Shown: piece by piece, positions 41,201 to 54,967 of the stretch
How the letters are laid out: the number at the start of each line of letters is the position of its first letter
Position numbering within the stretch: the first letter of the stretch is position 1
Made by a program: the position numbers and the translations under genes
Notes under the pieces: generated by a model
What the model was told of the DNA's origin: nothing
What the model saw: only the letters and a program-made list of their open reading frames with translations
The model's database searches: none
NCBI RefSeq assembly: GCF_006345805.1
Contig: NC_043001.1
Location: 96,782,001-96,846,000, forward strand
Reading direction: 5' to 3'
Source: Octopus sinensis
Lineage: Eukaryota
Length of the DNA stretch: 64,000 nucleotides

Positions 41201-41309
41201 TTCTCTTCTGGTCAGCTTTCTTTGGTATCGAGGTCTCGCATCAATATGTCGCTACTGGGAAGATAATTGCATTCACCAATCTGCATTTGGTATATATATA
41301 TATATTGTA

Positions 41310-41392
41310 TATCTCGAGCAAGGACGATGTACTGCAATAGCTTGAGATTCAAGGGCCCACAACTGTTTAACCATCTGCCGAAGCATCTGAGG
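41310..41392 (+). pseudogene. CR1/L2-like LINE C-terminal fragment
   Basis: SRARTMYCNSLRFKGPQLFNHLPKHLR matches the conserved N.LP motif at the ORF2 end. Confidence 0.55.
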
Positions 41393-41395
41393 AGC

Positions 41396-41876
41396 GGGTT
41401 AGGATTAGGGTTAAGGGTTAAGGTTAAGGGTTAGGGTTAGGGTTAGGGTTAAGGTTAGGGTTAGGGTTAGGGTTAGGGTTAGGGTTAAGTTTAGGGTTAG
41501 GGCTAGGGTTAGGGCTAGGGTTAGTGTTAGGGTTAGGTTTAGGGTTAGAGTTAAGGTTTAGGGTTAGGGTTAGGGTGAGGGTTACGGCTAGCGTTAGGGT
41601 TAGGGTTAGGGTTAGAGTTAGGGTTAGAGTTAGGGTTATGGTTAGGGTTTGGGTTAGGGTTAAGGGTTAGGGTTAGGGTGAGGCTTAGGGTTATTGTAAG
41701 GGTTAGGGTGAGGCTTAGGGTTATTGTAAGGGTTAGGGTTAGCGTTAGGGTTAGCTTTAGGGTTAGGGTCAGGGTTAGTGTTACGGTTAGGGTTTGGGTT
41801 TAGGGTTAGGGTTAGAGTTAGGGTTTAGGGCTTGGGTTAGAGTTAGTGTTAGCGTTAGGGTTAGGGTTAGGGTTAG
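41396..41876 (+). repeat. Interstitial telomeric sequence, degenerate (TTAGGG)n, roughly 80 units
   Basis: Directly visible. Contains an exact 30-bp higher-order duplication at 41671-41700 and 41701-41730. Confidence 0.95.
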
Positions 41877-42506
41877 ATTTTGACATCACTCTGTAACGTT
41901 TTGCTTTTAGCGCCATCTCTTCTGCCCTGGTATTTAAATTTATATTGCATTAAGAGACACATCAACTCGAAATGTGTCGGTGAATCTACGCCAGTCACAG
42001 CTGATTTTACCCTATATTATTAAAATTAATATTTTAATAAATTCACTCCATGTTCTAAACATCATTTTTTCTATGGTTGTAACACATGTTGTAACACACA
42101 CGTGAGTATAAAAGATGGATATGAATTGTGCTCGGCTGCATATTTTTACAAGAGTGGATAGATAGCATTCACGCGATGTATCTTGATCGCATACATATTT
42201 ATAAACAATCGTGAATTTATCTGGAATATTACGCTGGTAATTATGTTTTACTTTAAGTTCGAAATACGACCGTAACTAACCACGGCCTTATTAATTCATC
42301 ATTTTTCTTTTGTCTATATCAAAACTGTTATTTCCTCGGAGATTTTTATGGTAGAAAAAAGATATCGTCTATTTCTAGATCAGTACGTGGCGAGGCACAT
42401 AGCTGACCCCTTGTTATAATTATGTATTTAATTATAGAATAATTTGTAAAATTTACCTAAAAGGTTTTTATTTAAATGCTAGCTACCTGTATATATATTA
42501 TATATA

Positions 42507-42592
<86 letters not shown>

Positions 42593-43749
42593 TATGTATA
42601 TATGTATGTATATAGTATATGTGCGTGTTTGTGTGTGTGTGTGTATACACATCCATACAAAATTGTGTATGTATAGAAAAAGCAATTTTGTCTTGATATA
42701 AAATAATATGTACGTAGAACACTTCATTAGAAAGCGCATCAGAACTGTCAAATATGTAATTATTTCTTGCAGGCGTGTAACAGGATATCGTGAAAAACTG
42801 TTTCGTGTAGGGAATGAATATGATGTCTAGTGACACATCGAAACGTGGATAAGTAAATCTTTATTACAATGGATTTCTTTACACCTTTGACAAAGTAGAA
42901 GTGAGAATGTATTTATTTTGGCGTTATAAAAAGAAAAATCGTAGAGAGACAGTGAAGCACGTATATGTGAACGTGCACTTGCCTCTAGTGCTAAAAACTA
43001 CTCTCTCCCAAACAGGTTCTATATTTAGTCAACCTTTCCAAATCGCCAACGTCCAAACAACCGCGTCTGATACTCTAGGTTTGGTTAAAGGATAATGGTA
43101 AGTAATCAACTACGTAACCCGAGTCAGTTGAAGGGATGACATGACATGATATCCGATTGCGTCTACTGCTGGCTTTTTTGCAGAAGTGGTATAATTATAT
43201 TGTCAAATTCACGTACCCTGAATTACATCTTGCTTCAGTTCTTTAAAAGAATAAGAAGTAGTTCTTAAAAAAATGTTCTTAAATGTCGATCTCATCGTGG
43301 ACAAGCTACTCTCAATAACACCCAGTAAAACGAATTAAAGGAAAGCGAAAACAGGCGAAAGCACCAAATCTTTCTAATAAACCGATATGGTGTTTACATA
43401 ACCCTTAGAAAAAATTTAAAATTTACTGAATCCAAACAAAGGGAGTCTTTGTGCATTGCGGTTCATGGGTGGTCAGCTAGACATTTGCTGATCCGTCAAA
43501 ATCTTGTGCAGTAGGCGTATCTCTCTCAATTGTCAAAACAAAACGGACTGAAAAATCAATACTGGCACAGTTGGTAAAATATTCGACTAAGTATTGTCAA
43601 TGACGTTGTTAATATGCAACACACGCGCACATATCTCACGGACGGATACAAACACATAGATACCCTTTACACACATATCATTTCATATCATAACATATCA
43701 ACATATCATATATATATATATACACACATATATATAGGATGTGTGTGTA

Positions 43750-43821
<72 letters not shown>

Positions 43822-43847
43822 AATACATGTACACAAATGCATATATA

Positions 43848-44030
43848 TCGTTAGCTCCTACACGCATTTTTCTCTCTCCTTGTTTTTGTCTGTGTATCTT
43901 TCTGTCGAAGAGCGTAAACTCGAAACGTAAAAGACTGTTTCTATTTATATTCCTGAGCGCTATACTAATACATTTGTTTGTTTGTACTCCACCCCCCTTC
44001 GTCTTTTGTTTATTTTCATTAACTTTCCCG

Positions 44031-44032
<2 letters not shown>
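43848..44032 (+). mobile_element. Short hammerhead-bearing element, family A, flanked by (TA)n
   Basis: Motif at 43897-43934: TCTTT-CTGTCGAA-GAGC GTAA ACTC-GAAACGT-A-AAAGA. TTCCTGAGCG at 43950-43959. Confidence 0.75.
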
Positions 44033-44122
<90 letters not shown>

Positions 44123-44899
44123 CACATATATGTCTAAATACTACTGTATATATATGTATATATAAGCATATATATATGTGTATATATGTATATATATATA
44201 GATATATATAAATGTATGGATGTATGTATATGTATATGTAGGTTTATATTTATGCATACATACACATACATATATACTGTGTTATTTGTAAAACTGCGTT
44301 CCTGTGTATGAAAGCGCGTTTGTATAATATAAATGTATGTGTTTATGCTAGATGTATTTTCGCGTTTGTGTGTAGGGTATCTCCTTTCTGTGTCTCTTTT
44401 CGCGAAGTAGTGCCTGGTGAGAAAAATGCAACAAAGCAGAATAATTGAAAGCTACACAATGGAATGACAATGTGATTTTGAACGAAATATATCATTACAA
44501 ATATTTATTGTTGATAATACAGTTTCCTTTGATAATATCTCATAGAACAATAGCAGCGTATCTAATATCGACTCTGCTTTCACGTGCGTGCATGACTTTT
44601 ACACTACATTTTATAAAACAGGTCGTGCTCCATTCTTGGCACTATTGCCAAGTCTAACTTTACATTTAAATATTGCAGTCAGCATAGAACTGCATACCAA
44701 GACTTAAGTTTTACTTGTATCTTTTCATCGTGTTGCAGAAAGGTGTTGAGGAATAATTATCCTTTTGGTTTAATATTTGCAAAATTTTCAAAATATCACA
44801 CAGTAATAAGAGTGACATGTTCTATAACAAAGATGTTTACGTTTAGATTACATAATTTATTCATATTTTTCTGCATCGATATTTATCACTATTATTAAG

Positions 44900-45110
44900 T
44901 ATGGCAACTGGAAGATAGGTTACCATGCCGGACAAACTGCTTACCAGAATGTTTTGCGGTTTTACGTTTTCAGTCCAAACGCCACTGAAGCCGACTTCAC
45001 ATTTCATCCATCCCTTATGTGATAAATAAATTAAATAACAGACGGTCACTCGTGTCGATGTTATCGATCTCCCCACCCTCAAAATTGCTGTTCTTGTACC
45101 TATAAGTTAC
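44900..45110 (-). mobile_element. Decayed SINE family 2
   Basis: Diverged matches to the family 2 head and body. The orientation of sub-segments is mixed and uncertain. Confidence 0.4.
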
Positions 45111-45168
45111 AGGTATATTATTATTAATAATAATATTAATAACAACAACAACAACAACAACAATAATG

Positions 45169-45250
<82 letters not shown>

Positions 45251-45277
45251 CAACAATAATAATAATGATAATGATAA

Positions 45278-45743
45278 ATGCCCTGATGCAGTACCAGACA
45301 GTAGCTCTCATGGCTTCTGATCTTAACTGATTGGAAGTGTTATTATATACATTCTTTTGTCTTGGCATAAAAGATGGGCTACAGCAAATATTTTGCTCAA
45401 AACCACAGATTTGCTTGTCAGTTGTTTGACCTTAACCAGTTGACCATGTCCTTTAGTGGCTGACGATATGTGCATCTTTGACGTAGAAGTAGAGGGGGAG
45501 CATCATTGCCGTGTGTTGAAAGGAATTCTTGGATGTTTGGATAATTCACCTTTGGAAACATGAGTGGTTCGTCAACATCCTTAAACAATCCTTATTCAGG
45601 GACCTTTTGAGCGGAGTGGGCTACTCGACCAAAAGAAAATTCTAACTGGGCACAACCTGCAATGTCATAAGCTCAATGGGTATATTGGGGTTCGTATATT
45701 TTACCCCAGTGTCACTTCGATGGCATGCGCTGCTCTCTACCTC
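45278..45743 (+). mobile_element. (TAA)n-embedded non-autonomous retroposon, family C (longest copy)
   Basis: Homologous to 3041-3362 and 25280-25329. (AAT)n on both sides, no ORF. Confidence 0.75.
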
Positions 45744-45744
45744 A

Positions 45745-45807
<63 letters not shown>

Positions 45808-46253
45808 GATTGTCTTAACTGGTACATCACACGTATTGAGAAGAGCATTGTCGATGTGAGAACTGTTGCTGCTCATGCATTTTAATTTAACTTTAAAAAA
45901 AAAAAAAAAATGAACGAACTACTGAGTTTGGTTTAATGGCCTACCAATATACACTGAGTTTCTTTGCCCTAGGAGTCGGGAAGACACTCGGCAAGAAATG
46001 GAAGAAAATTTGAAAGAAGAAAAAAAATAATGATAACAACAACAACAACAACAACAACAGCAATAACAACAACAATAATAATACAAATAACAATAATAAT
46101 AATGATGGTCTTAAAATTTATCACAGGTGTAGTAAATTGGGGGTGGAATGAGTCGATTACATCGACCCAGGTGTTCAACTGGTACATATTTTACCGACCC
46201 CAAAAGCATGGAAGGCGAAGTCGATAATAATGATAATGATAATAATAATAATG

Positions 46254-46324
<71 letters not shown>

Positions 46325-46327
46325 AAC

Positions 46328-46536
46328 TATTCAGACAAATACATAAAAAACACCAGGACTAACAAGTATATATAACATACAGAAAATTGCACTACTTGTC
46401 ACTGCACACATCCTATGCAAAACACTTTCAATACATTAAAAATAAGAGCATCACAGCAAATCACAGTACATACCCAAGGCACACAGAGCTGCGCTCTGTA
46501 GTGAAGTGAAAGCACGCTATAAAAATAAAACTACTG
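46328..46536 (+). mobile_element. R4/Dong-clade LINE 3' end, second copy, in (TAA)n/(TGA)n
   Basis: Close match to 24955-25165, including the terminus AAAAATAAAACTACTG followed by (AAT)n. Confidence 0.85.
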
Positions 46537-47677
46537 ACTAATAATAATAAAAGTTGGGTGATCTGGTACACCTGTTAACGCGCCAGTTAAAATGCTTAGT
46601 GACATTTCGTCTGACTTACGTTCTGAGTTCAATTTCCACTGATGTCGGGGTCGATAAAATGGCTACTATTTGAACATTGAGTTTAAGGTAATGGACTGCC
46701 TCCTCCCACAAACTCTTGGTCCTTGTGCCTGTAATAGAATTATTTTTATGATGAATATGGCTGGCTAGCAGAATTGCTTGTGTGTCGATAAAGTATTTAG
46801 CAGCTTTACTTCAAGCATTAATAACTTTACTTCAAATGCCGCCTAGGTTACCTTTTCCTCTCATCCATTGGGTGGAGTCATTAAAATAAGTACGAATCTA
46901 GTATTTCGGTCGAGGTAATCAGCTATTTCCCCCAGATGTAATTTCAGATGTCTTCTGGTTGTCGGAGACAGCGGTGAACATTTTTCTGTTGAGATTTTCC
47001 TGCTTGTATATATTTTGCGTCTATCAATATTAGATACACTACCCCACTTATCTCATGGTACTCGCTTGTCTAACTTCCATATCGTACGTCAATGTATCCT
47101 TTACTATCGATGCTAAAGTTCATATCAGGCATTCTCTTGAAAGATGCAGTTAAACAAATTACATTCTACCTTAACTTCCCTCAAGATTTTCTTAGCATCA
47201 GATGCAAAACAACTTGATTTAATATTACCTAACTCAGCGTTATTCCAACTTGGATTTGAAATTAATTCCTGCATTAAAAGGATATATGGCGTTTTAAGAA
47301 TAACTTAACCTCTTTTCACCATTTTATATATATAAAATAGTTGGCGCAAACGAATATTTTTTCGTCTTTCGAAAGTCACATGAATGTGCTTTCCTTTATG
47401 CTAGCCCAAAGCACCTACATTAGCTATTTCTGGTTTCAAACCAATTATCTGCTCAGCAGAATTCATCTTATTATGTAAACTTCTTTCACATTGCTTAAAG
47501 AAATATTTTACGTTTCTGCTTTACTTATTTTCCCTAATCTAATATTATTTCACGTGCCTGAATTTGTATAATCCCTTCTGAATTGTTCGTACGTCCTTAA
47601 CTGTTAATACTTTGCCGTGTGTATTCATCTTCAATCTTTCACTATTTCAATCTATTTTAGGGTAGTCTTACTTCAAA

Positions 47678-47766
<89 letters not shown>

Positions 47767-48499
47767 TTGTGTGTGTGTGTTGGTGTACGTATACATACAT
47801 ATATATATATACATACAGGGAACTTATATACAGCTACATTCACATGCATACATACATAATACACATATATGTAAATATGGATGTTTTTAAGTACACCTTA
47901 AACCCCGTTTTCTCCTAGTTAATTGCTATGTATAATGCGGTAGAATATTCCTGTGTATATCGAGGACCCTACGGACACACGCATTGCATCACTGAAGACG
48001 TTCATAGCATCTAGATTATATATTTTTGATAAACAATGAAGTGGAATCTAATCTACATACCACTGGATTGTTTCCCCATTTTCAATTAAGGCAGATTCTT
48101 TCTTCCCTCCTTGAATCAGTGCATTCATTATTCGCCTTTGGAAGTGACTATATTTCATATGTGAAAAAAAGTCTGCGACAGGTTTTCTTACGCTTGTTCA
48201 ATGGTACCGTCAGTTATTTTGCTGGTTAATATTTTAACTGTGAAATAAATTTCTCTGTTTTTCCAGTGATGCTGTCCAATATCTACCGTAAAATGGAATT
48301 GGCATTTGCTGCAACTCATGCTGTATCATTAAATTTGACATATCTCAACAGAATATAGTTTCAACCATGACATTCCTCAACAAAAATCAAAATGATATAC
48401 AAAACTGCTTCGTTCAGTTACGATTGCTTTAATATTATGAGAGAACATATCTAATTTCTCTGTATCTGCTGTTATCGACTCTTAATATTTTCTAATTCT

Positions 48500-49110
48500 A
48501 AGACGGCAAGCTGGTAGAAGCTTTAACGTGCAGGGTAACTTGTACTGGAACTTGTGACGGCGTTCACCCAGGGCGGGTTGAGCCTGCTTCTTGTCTGGTC
48601 CTGACGGCATCACAAATCATGGCGGCCATGAAGTAGGATTCATAGAAGAAGTTTCGTGGGAATATTGAATTCACAAGCGGTCCCCGACATCAGGCATGCG
48701 TATCCCGAGTGACGGGACGCCCTGTTTGCCGCGGAGTCTCCACAGACGCAGGGACAGAACGACCTCGAAGCCGCCGGTTGCCGATCAGACGCCTCTTGGA
48801 ATTTCTACCTGAGTCCCTAATACCGACCATTGCCACACCAATCCGCCTTGGGTGGCCCTACGAAGAACCGAAGTTCCCGACGGCATAGCTCTGACACTGC
48901 CCGTTTACGTCACCCTACCGCTTTGAGGATGGGTTGGACTTTAGTGTATGGTTATGTGCAGAGTAAAGTGCTTAGCGGCATCTCGTCCGTCTTTACATTC
49001 TGAGTTCGAAGTCTGGCAAGTCAATTTTTTCCTTTCAACGTTTTGGAGTCGATCAAACAACTATCACTTGAATGCTGGTATTGATGTAATCGCTTAACCC
49101 TCTCCACCCT
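48500..49110 (+). mobile_element. SINE family 2 interrupted by an insertion at 48539-48955
   Basis: Head at 48500-48538 resumes at 48956 (…GTGCTTAGCGGCATCTCGTCCGTCTTTACATTCTGAGTTCGAA). Confidence 0.7.
48539..48955 (-). mobile_element. Bipartite non-autonomous RTE-derived retroposon with 11-bp TSD
   Basis: GTGCAG(G/A)GTAA duplicated at 48528-48538 and 48956-48966. Minus strand has the RTE 5'UTR-like GAGCTATGCCGT...AGGGCCACCCAAGGCGG and a CAAGT/CAGTACAAG tail. Confidence 0.65.
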
Positions 49111-49764
49111 CACCACACCTTAAATTATGCCAACATTTGAAACGGACATTTCCTACTAGTAAACAGATAGTTGGTGACTACTATTCACCAGATCCTTTTT
49201 AGGATATTCTCTTCATCGTTCAATGACTGGTGGCGGTTTTCACCGGCTCCTCGAAAATGAATTACAGGATGACAGCACTAAGCAGTCGCGTGTATAGATA
49301 GAAGCTAGTTAGCAGTTTGAATATGCTTCAGCTATATTCGAAGCCGTAAATAAAGGCCATACACTGTATTTGACATGGGGAAAATATCTCGGTGTAGACA
49401 AATAGGTGTAAATAAACTGAGGCAGCTCATATAGCCACCTGACCAGACTGAGGTTATATACGATATTACGGGCGACGTGCTGCTTTCAGTTCTTGTTTAG
49501 CGAATCGGCCGACGGTCGCACAAAAAGCCAAGATGTTACGCAGTGGGACCAAACCATTAGGAAGAAAGCTTTTTACCACAGGGGCATGCCAGCACCTATA
49601 CGTGAATGGCTGATTGTATGTGTGTGTTGTGTGTATGTGTCTGTATGTGTATCCATGTTGCCACGAATGATACGCATGACCGACCATCAAAAAACTTCGC
49701 AACCTTTAGAACAATCTTCATTGAAAAACACTTCTGACCTTCAGCATTTATTCTTTGTATTTGA

Positions 49765-50694
49765 TTCTGCCATTGATGAGGCATCTGTCAGTCAAGTTGA
49801 GGCTGCCATTTTGGAGGATTGACGCATAACTATTCGCCAAATAGCCCATGAGGTCAAGATTAGTACCGGGTCTGTGGAAACTATCATTCATGACCATTTG
49901 CATATGCAAAAGGCGTCTGCCAGATGGATTCCCAGCTGCTCACACCTTTCCAGAAGCAAGAACGCGTCGATTGCGCGAGGATGAATTTGAAGATGTGCCA
50001 AGAAGATGAGTCCAAAGTTTTCAAAAGACTGATTACACAGGATGAAACCTGGGTCCATCACTATGATCCAGAGACCAAAGCCCAGTCAATGCAGTGGAAG
50101 CACCGTGACTCACCTCCTCCAAAGAAGGCAAGGGTGTAGCCCTCCGCTGACAAGGTCATGCTCACAGTCTTCTGGGACCAGTACGGAGTAGTGATGACAG
50201 ATTTCGTGGCAAAGGGTGCCACAATTACAGGAGTCTATTATGCTTCACTTTTGAGGAAATTAAGAGAAGCTGTCAAAATCAAGAGGCGGGGCAAGATCAG
50301 CAAAGGCATCCTCCTCCTGCAGGACAACGCTCCGATCCACAACTCGCGTGTCGCCAGATCAGAAGCACAGGCGTGCGGCTATGAACTCATCATCCATTCT
50401 CCCTACTCTCCTGACCTGCACCCTCTGATTTTCACCTCTTCCCAGCCATGAAGTTGTTTTTGAAAGGAAAGCGTTTCCCAGATGATGCAGTCTTGATTTC
50501 TGAAGTCACGTCGTGGTTGGAGGACCAAGCTGGGGTCTTCTACAAAAACGGTCTTCAGAGCTGCATCAAACGATGGGAGAAATGCGTAACTCTGGGTGGT
50601 TCCTATGTAGAAAAAGACTAATAACTGTGCCAAGTTTCGTTGCTCTACTGCTATGGGAAGTGGGTCAGGGGCATTACTTATTGAATGCCCCTCG
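49765..50694 (+). mobile_element. Mariner (DD34D, Himar/irritans-like) transposon, 5'-truncated, transposase pseudogene
   Basis: ARWIP, ITQDETWVHHYDPETK, QDNAPIH and PYSPDL.PSDFHLF motifs, stop at 50619-21, internal stops and frameshifts. Right TIR ends ...TTGAATGCCCCTCG|TA at 50694. Confidence 0.92.
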
Positions 50695-50801
50695 TATGTA
50701 TTTATGTATCTAACTTTCTGTCAATGTCTCACTCCCTTATTCTCTCTCTTTCGCTTTCTCTCTCAATATATATAAATGTATATGTATACATATGTGTGGT
50801 G

Positions 50802-50859
<58 letters not shown>

Positions 50860-50913
50860 TATGCACACAAATAAATGTTATACGTTTGTCACATATGAAT
50901 TTATATAAAAGCA

Positions 50914-51016
<103 letters not shown>

Positions 51017-51027
51017 CTATCTGCCTG

Positions 51028-51058
<31 letters not shown>

Positions 51059-51067
51059 GTCTCTCTG

Positions 51068-51130
<63 letters not shown>

Positions 51131-51213
51131 GTCTATCTATCTATCTATCTATCCATCTCTCTATCTATCTATCTGACTATCTATCTATCTATCTATATGT
51201 CTGTCTGTCTGTC

Positions 51214-51245
<32 letters not shown>

Positions 51246-51541
51246 TCTATCTATCTATCTACTATCTATCTATCTATCTATTTATTTATCGACACACACA
51301 CGCATATATATATACGCGTGTGTGTGTGCATGTCCTGTGCGTGTGTGCGCGCATGTAAGTATGTCGCTCTACGTATATGCAATTCTTCTAGATACCGCGA
51401 AGTGCTATTTTTCAATGATGACGTTAAGTACACGAGTGTTTCATGTATACATATTTTTTAGCAGATATTTTTTAAGTAACTATTAGTCCTTAGTATATAC
51501 ATACATATATATATACATGCATATATATATTATATATATAT

Positions 51542-51573
<32 letters not shown>

Positions 51574-51637
51574 ATGTATGTATATATATATATATCTATA
51601 ATATATATATTATATATATATATATATATATAATTAA

Positions 51638-51686
<49 letters not shown>

Positions 51687-51687
51687 G

Positions 51688-51732
<45 letters not shown>

Positions 51733-52304
51733 ATATATATATATATATTTATATTATATATATATGTATATACGATTACATAGACATATATACATATATA
51801 CCACTCAATACATATCCGTTTGTTTATACGTATGAGTATGCATGTGGGAATGTGTGTATACACACAAATACTTTTAGGCACGTGATGATGAAAATATTCA
51901 GTAAATTAGAGATAAATATCTACAAGAAAACAAAACCTCGAAAATCACTGAGATAAAAGCTGTCGATGCATGGATTTCTTTGTTGTATTTTCTCCTCGAT
52001 TTTAGTCCGAAGGCACTTCTAGGAAAATGTAGCACTTCTAAGAAATAAGGTTCTGTAACTTGCGCGTGCTTATGTATGTATGTATGTATGCATGTATGTA
52101 TGTATGTATGTATGTATGTATGTATGTATGTATGTTATGTATGTACGTATGTAGGTAAGTAGGTAGGTAGTTTGGCAGGTGTGTAGGTATGGATGTATGA
52201 ATGCATGTATATATGAAAGTATGTGTACGTATATATATATAATTAAATATATATAAAAAATAGGTTAGCACAGGAAACTGGCACACTGATAAAGAACACA
52301 TGAA

Positions 52305-52372
<68 letters not shown>

Positions 52373-52377
52373 ATACG

Positions 52378-52408
<31 letters not shown>

Positions 52409-52534
52409 ATTGATGTATAATTATGTGTGCACGTGTGGATCTTAAAAGGAATGTCAGCAACTTTAATATTAGCAACAACAACAACAACAACACAATAATG
52501 ATAACAATAATAATGATACTATAATAATAATAAT

Positions 52535-53330
52535 AATTTCTTTTATTAGCCTCATGAGCATAGATAAGCTGGCATCACGTGGAAAGACAATAATTTGCGT
52601 GGGGATTTAGGTAAAGGATGAGAAGATTGAGATGGGAAAGTCAGTGAAATGCGATAAAGGTATGCACACTATACGAAGTATGTGATGAGATGAATGATAC
52701 TTGAGAAATTGCAGCTAGAGACAATTAGGGAACCCCACAGAGCCAACATTACAGTGACCACCAAAGGTATGAGACATCCCTCTTGCACTCCAATCTACAG
52801 GTGCCTGCTTTGAGTAGAGCTATTTACTCTAACCAATTATGCCACAGTCTCCCAATTTTTACAAATTCACTAAGTGCTGGTACAGTGACCACCAAAGGTA
52901 TGAGACATCCCTCTTGCACTCCAATCTACAGGTGCCTGCTTTGAGTAGAGCTATTTACTCTAACCAATTATGCCACAGTCTCCCATTTTTTTTACAAATT
53001 CACTAAGTGCTGGTACTTCCTTCTTCATCCTCACTTTTTCTTTGCAAGTGGAACTTAAATAATGAAAAGTTGACGAGAGCTTAATCGAAGAAATCGGTGT
53101 CTTTCTTCAATCATTTCCGTTTCGTCCTCCAGGCAGACTCTTTTACAATAGGAACATCGCCTGTCCAGCCTTGTTAAAGGTGGTTGGTGTGGCGATCCCC
53201 ACGATGGATTCAGCCGAGAGCCCCAATGGTCCCACATGAAGTAACAACTGTTCAACATAAATCTACATGTCAACAATAGTCGGACACTGAACGCGTGCAT
53301 GATGAACCCTTTCGGCGCTCTGCACGCATC

Positions 53331-53332
<2 letters not shown>
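52535..53332 (-). pseudogene. Tx1/L1-like LINE 3' fragment (CCHC knuckle plus 3'UTR)
   Basis: Minus-strand RCVQSAERVHHARVQCPTIVDM*IYVEQLL. The 3' end AATAAAAGAAA is followed by (TTA)n. Confidence 0.55.
52750..53016. repeat. 131-bp tandem duplication
   Basis: TACAGTGACCACCAAAGG... at 52750 and 52881, nearly identical, with TAC microhomology at the junctions. Confidence 0.92.
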
Positions 53333-53385
<53 letters not shown>

Positions 53386-53829
53386 CGTAGTACTAGTAGT
53401 AGTAGTAGTCGTAGTCGTAGTACTACTAGTAGTAGTAGTTGTAGTAGTAGTATAGTAGTAGTAGTAGTAGTAGTACTAGTAGTAGTAGTCGTAGTCGTAG
53501 TACTACTAGTAGTAGTAGTTGTAGTAGTTGTAGTAGCAGTAGTAGCAGTTGTAGTAGTAGTAGTTGTAGTGGTAGTAGTTGTAGCAGTAGTGGTAGTAGT
53601 AGTAGTAATAGAGGCTGTAACATGGAACACTATTATGAGCTAAATTTGAAAACAATATCCCTACAAAGAAAATAACGATAATATTCGTATCATCATCATC
53701 ATCACCATCATCATCATAGTTGTTACTATGTTCGCCGTTGTCTTCATCGTTATTGCTGATGTTTAACAACATTATTGCTATTGCCATCCTGATTTTGGCA
53801 ACAATAATAACGACAACAATGCTAACAGA

Positions 53830-53880
<51 letters not shown>

Positions 53881-53912
53881 GCTGCTACTACTACTACTAC
53901 TACTACTACTCA
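53330..53912. repeat. (TAG)n compound microsatellite (53330-53610) and inverted (CTA)n (53831-53912)
   Basis: Directly visible. Confidence 0.9.
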
Positions 53913-54920
53913 TAGTAACGTGTAGTCGTTTCTATTATTATACGGGTCAATTACACTTTAACTGGTAAATTACTTTATCGGGTCCGTACTAGCCGAAGGC
54001 AAATTTGAACTCTGGACCTAAGGAACCTTAGGAAATTCAGCATGCTTTGTCGATTGCAGAAATTCACAGCACTTGTTCTCGGACTCTTTTGTGATTCTGT
54101 ATTGCAATAGAAGTAGCGACATTTGCAACATGATCATCGTGAGAATGCGATATGGCGAAAATATGGTAAACAATATTAAAATATAATCGTAGTCTTATAG
54201 TCATCATACATCTCTTTCTTCATTATCATACTTATCCCTGTCATAATAGGGGATCACAATGTGCTCCCTAATTTCGCAAGGTGTCACACTCCCGCTGGAA
54301 ACTATATACAAAGCACAAGTCTACTCATGCAAGCGATGAAAAAATTACAAAATACCGGCAGAGGATTTTCTCCTTTTTGTATATCCAGGTAGATTGTGCT
54401 TTAATGAATAACGTTCTTAAAAAATTCGCAATGTATCAGTATTCACCTCTTCGTTAGAGGTGAAGATAATGAAATAAATCGTAGCATCAATTGGGAGCGA
54501 ATCTCAGTGGGAAAAAAATAAGAATAAAGAATACAATTTTAGGAAATTGGAAATGAATTTTTCAGTAATTAAATCTTCAATCCCAGGGTAAAGATATTGA
54601 ATCTTGATAAAACTGTTATCAGAATATATTTGCAAATCGAAAAAAATGTCTTACTAAGCCGGGATAATTTGCATAAAATAAAGATAATCGGTTATGAAAA
54701 TTAAGCAAAGTGGGTCAAAGACAAGAAATAATATTACTTGGAAACGTGGTGAGGTAGTGAATGATATTCGCATGAAATTTTGAGGCAGATGTCGCTTTGT
54801 GGTAAGAAGTTTGCATCCCGTCTATAAAATCCCGGCTTCGGTCTCATTGCTTGCTGACGAAAGCCTTGTGAGATTTGCTTGACTAAAACTTCAAGACGCC
54901 TACAGTGTATATGTGTATAT

Positions 54921-54967
<47 letters not shown>

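Noticed and set aside
41396-41876. True chromosome end or end-to-end fusion site
   Set aside because: The array is short, degenerate, flanked by ordinary sequence on both sides and has no inverted (CCCTAA)n.
42810-42850. GATGT...ACATC-GAAACGTG stem resembling a hammerhead half
   Set aside because: No recognisable CUGANGA, G at the cleavage position and no stem I. At best a very decayed relic.
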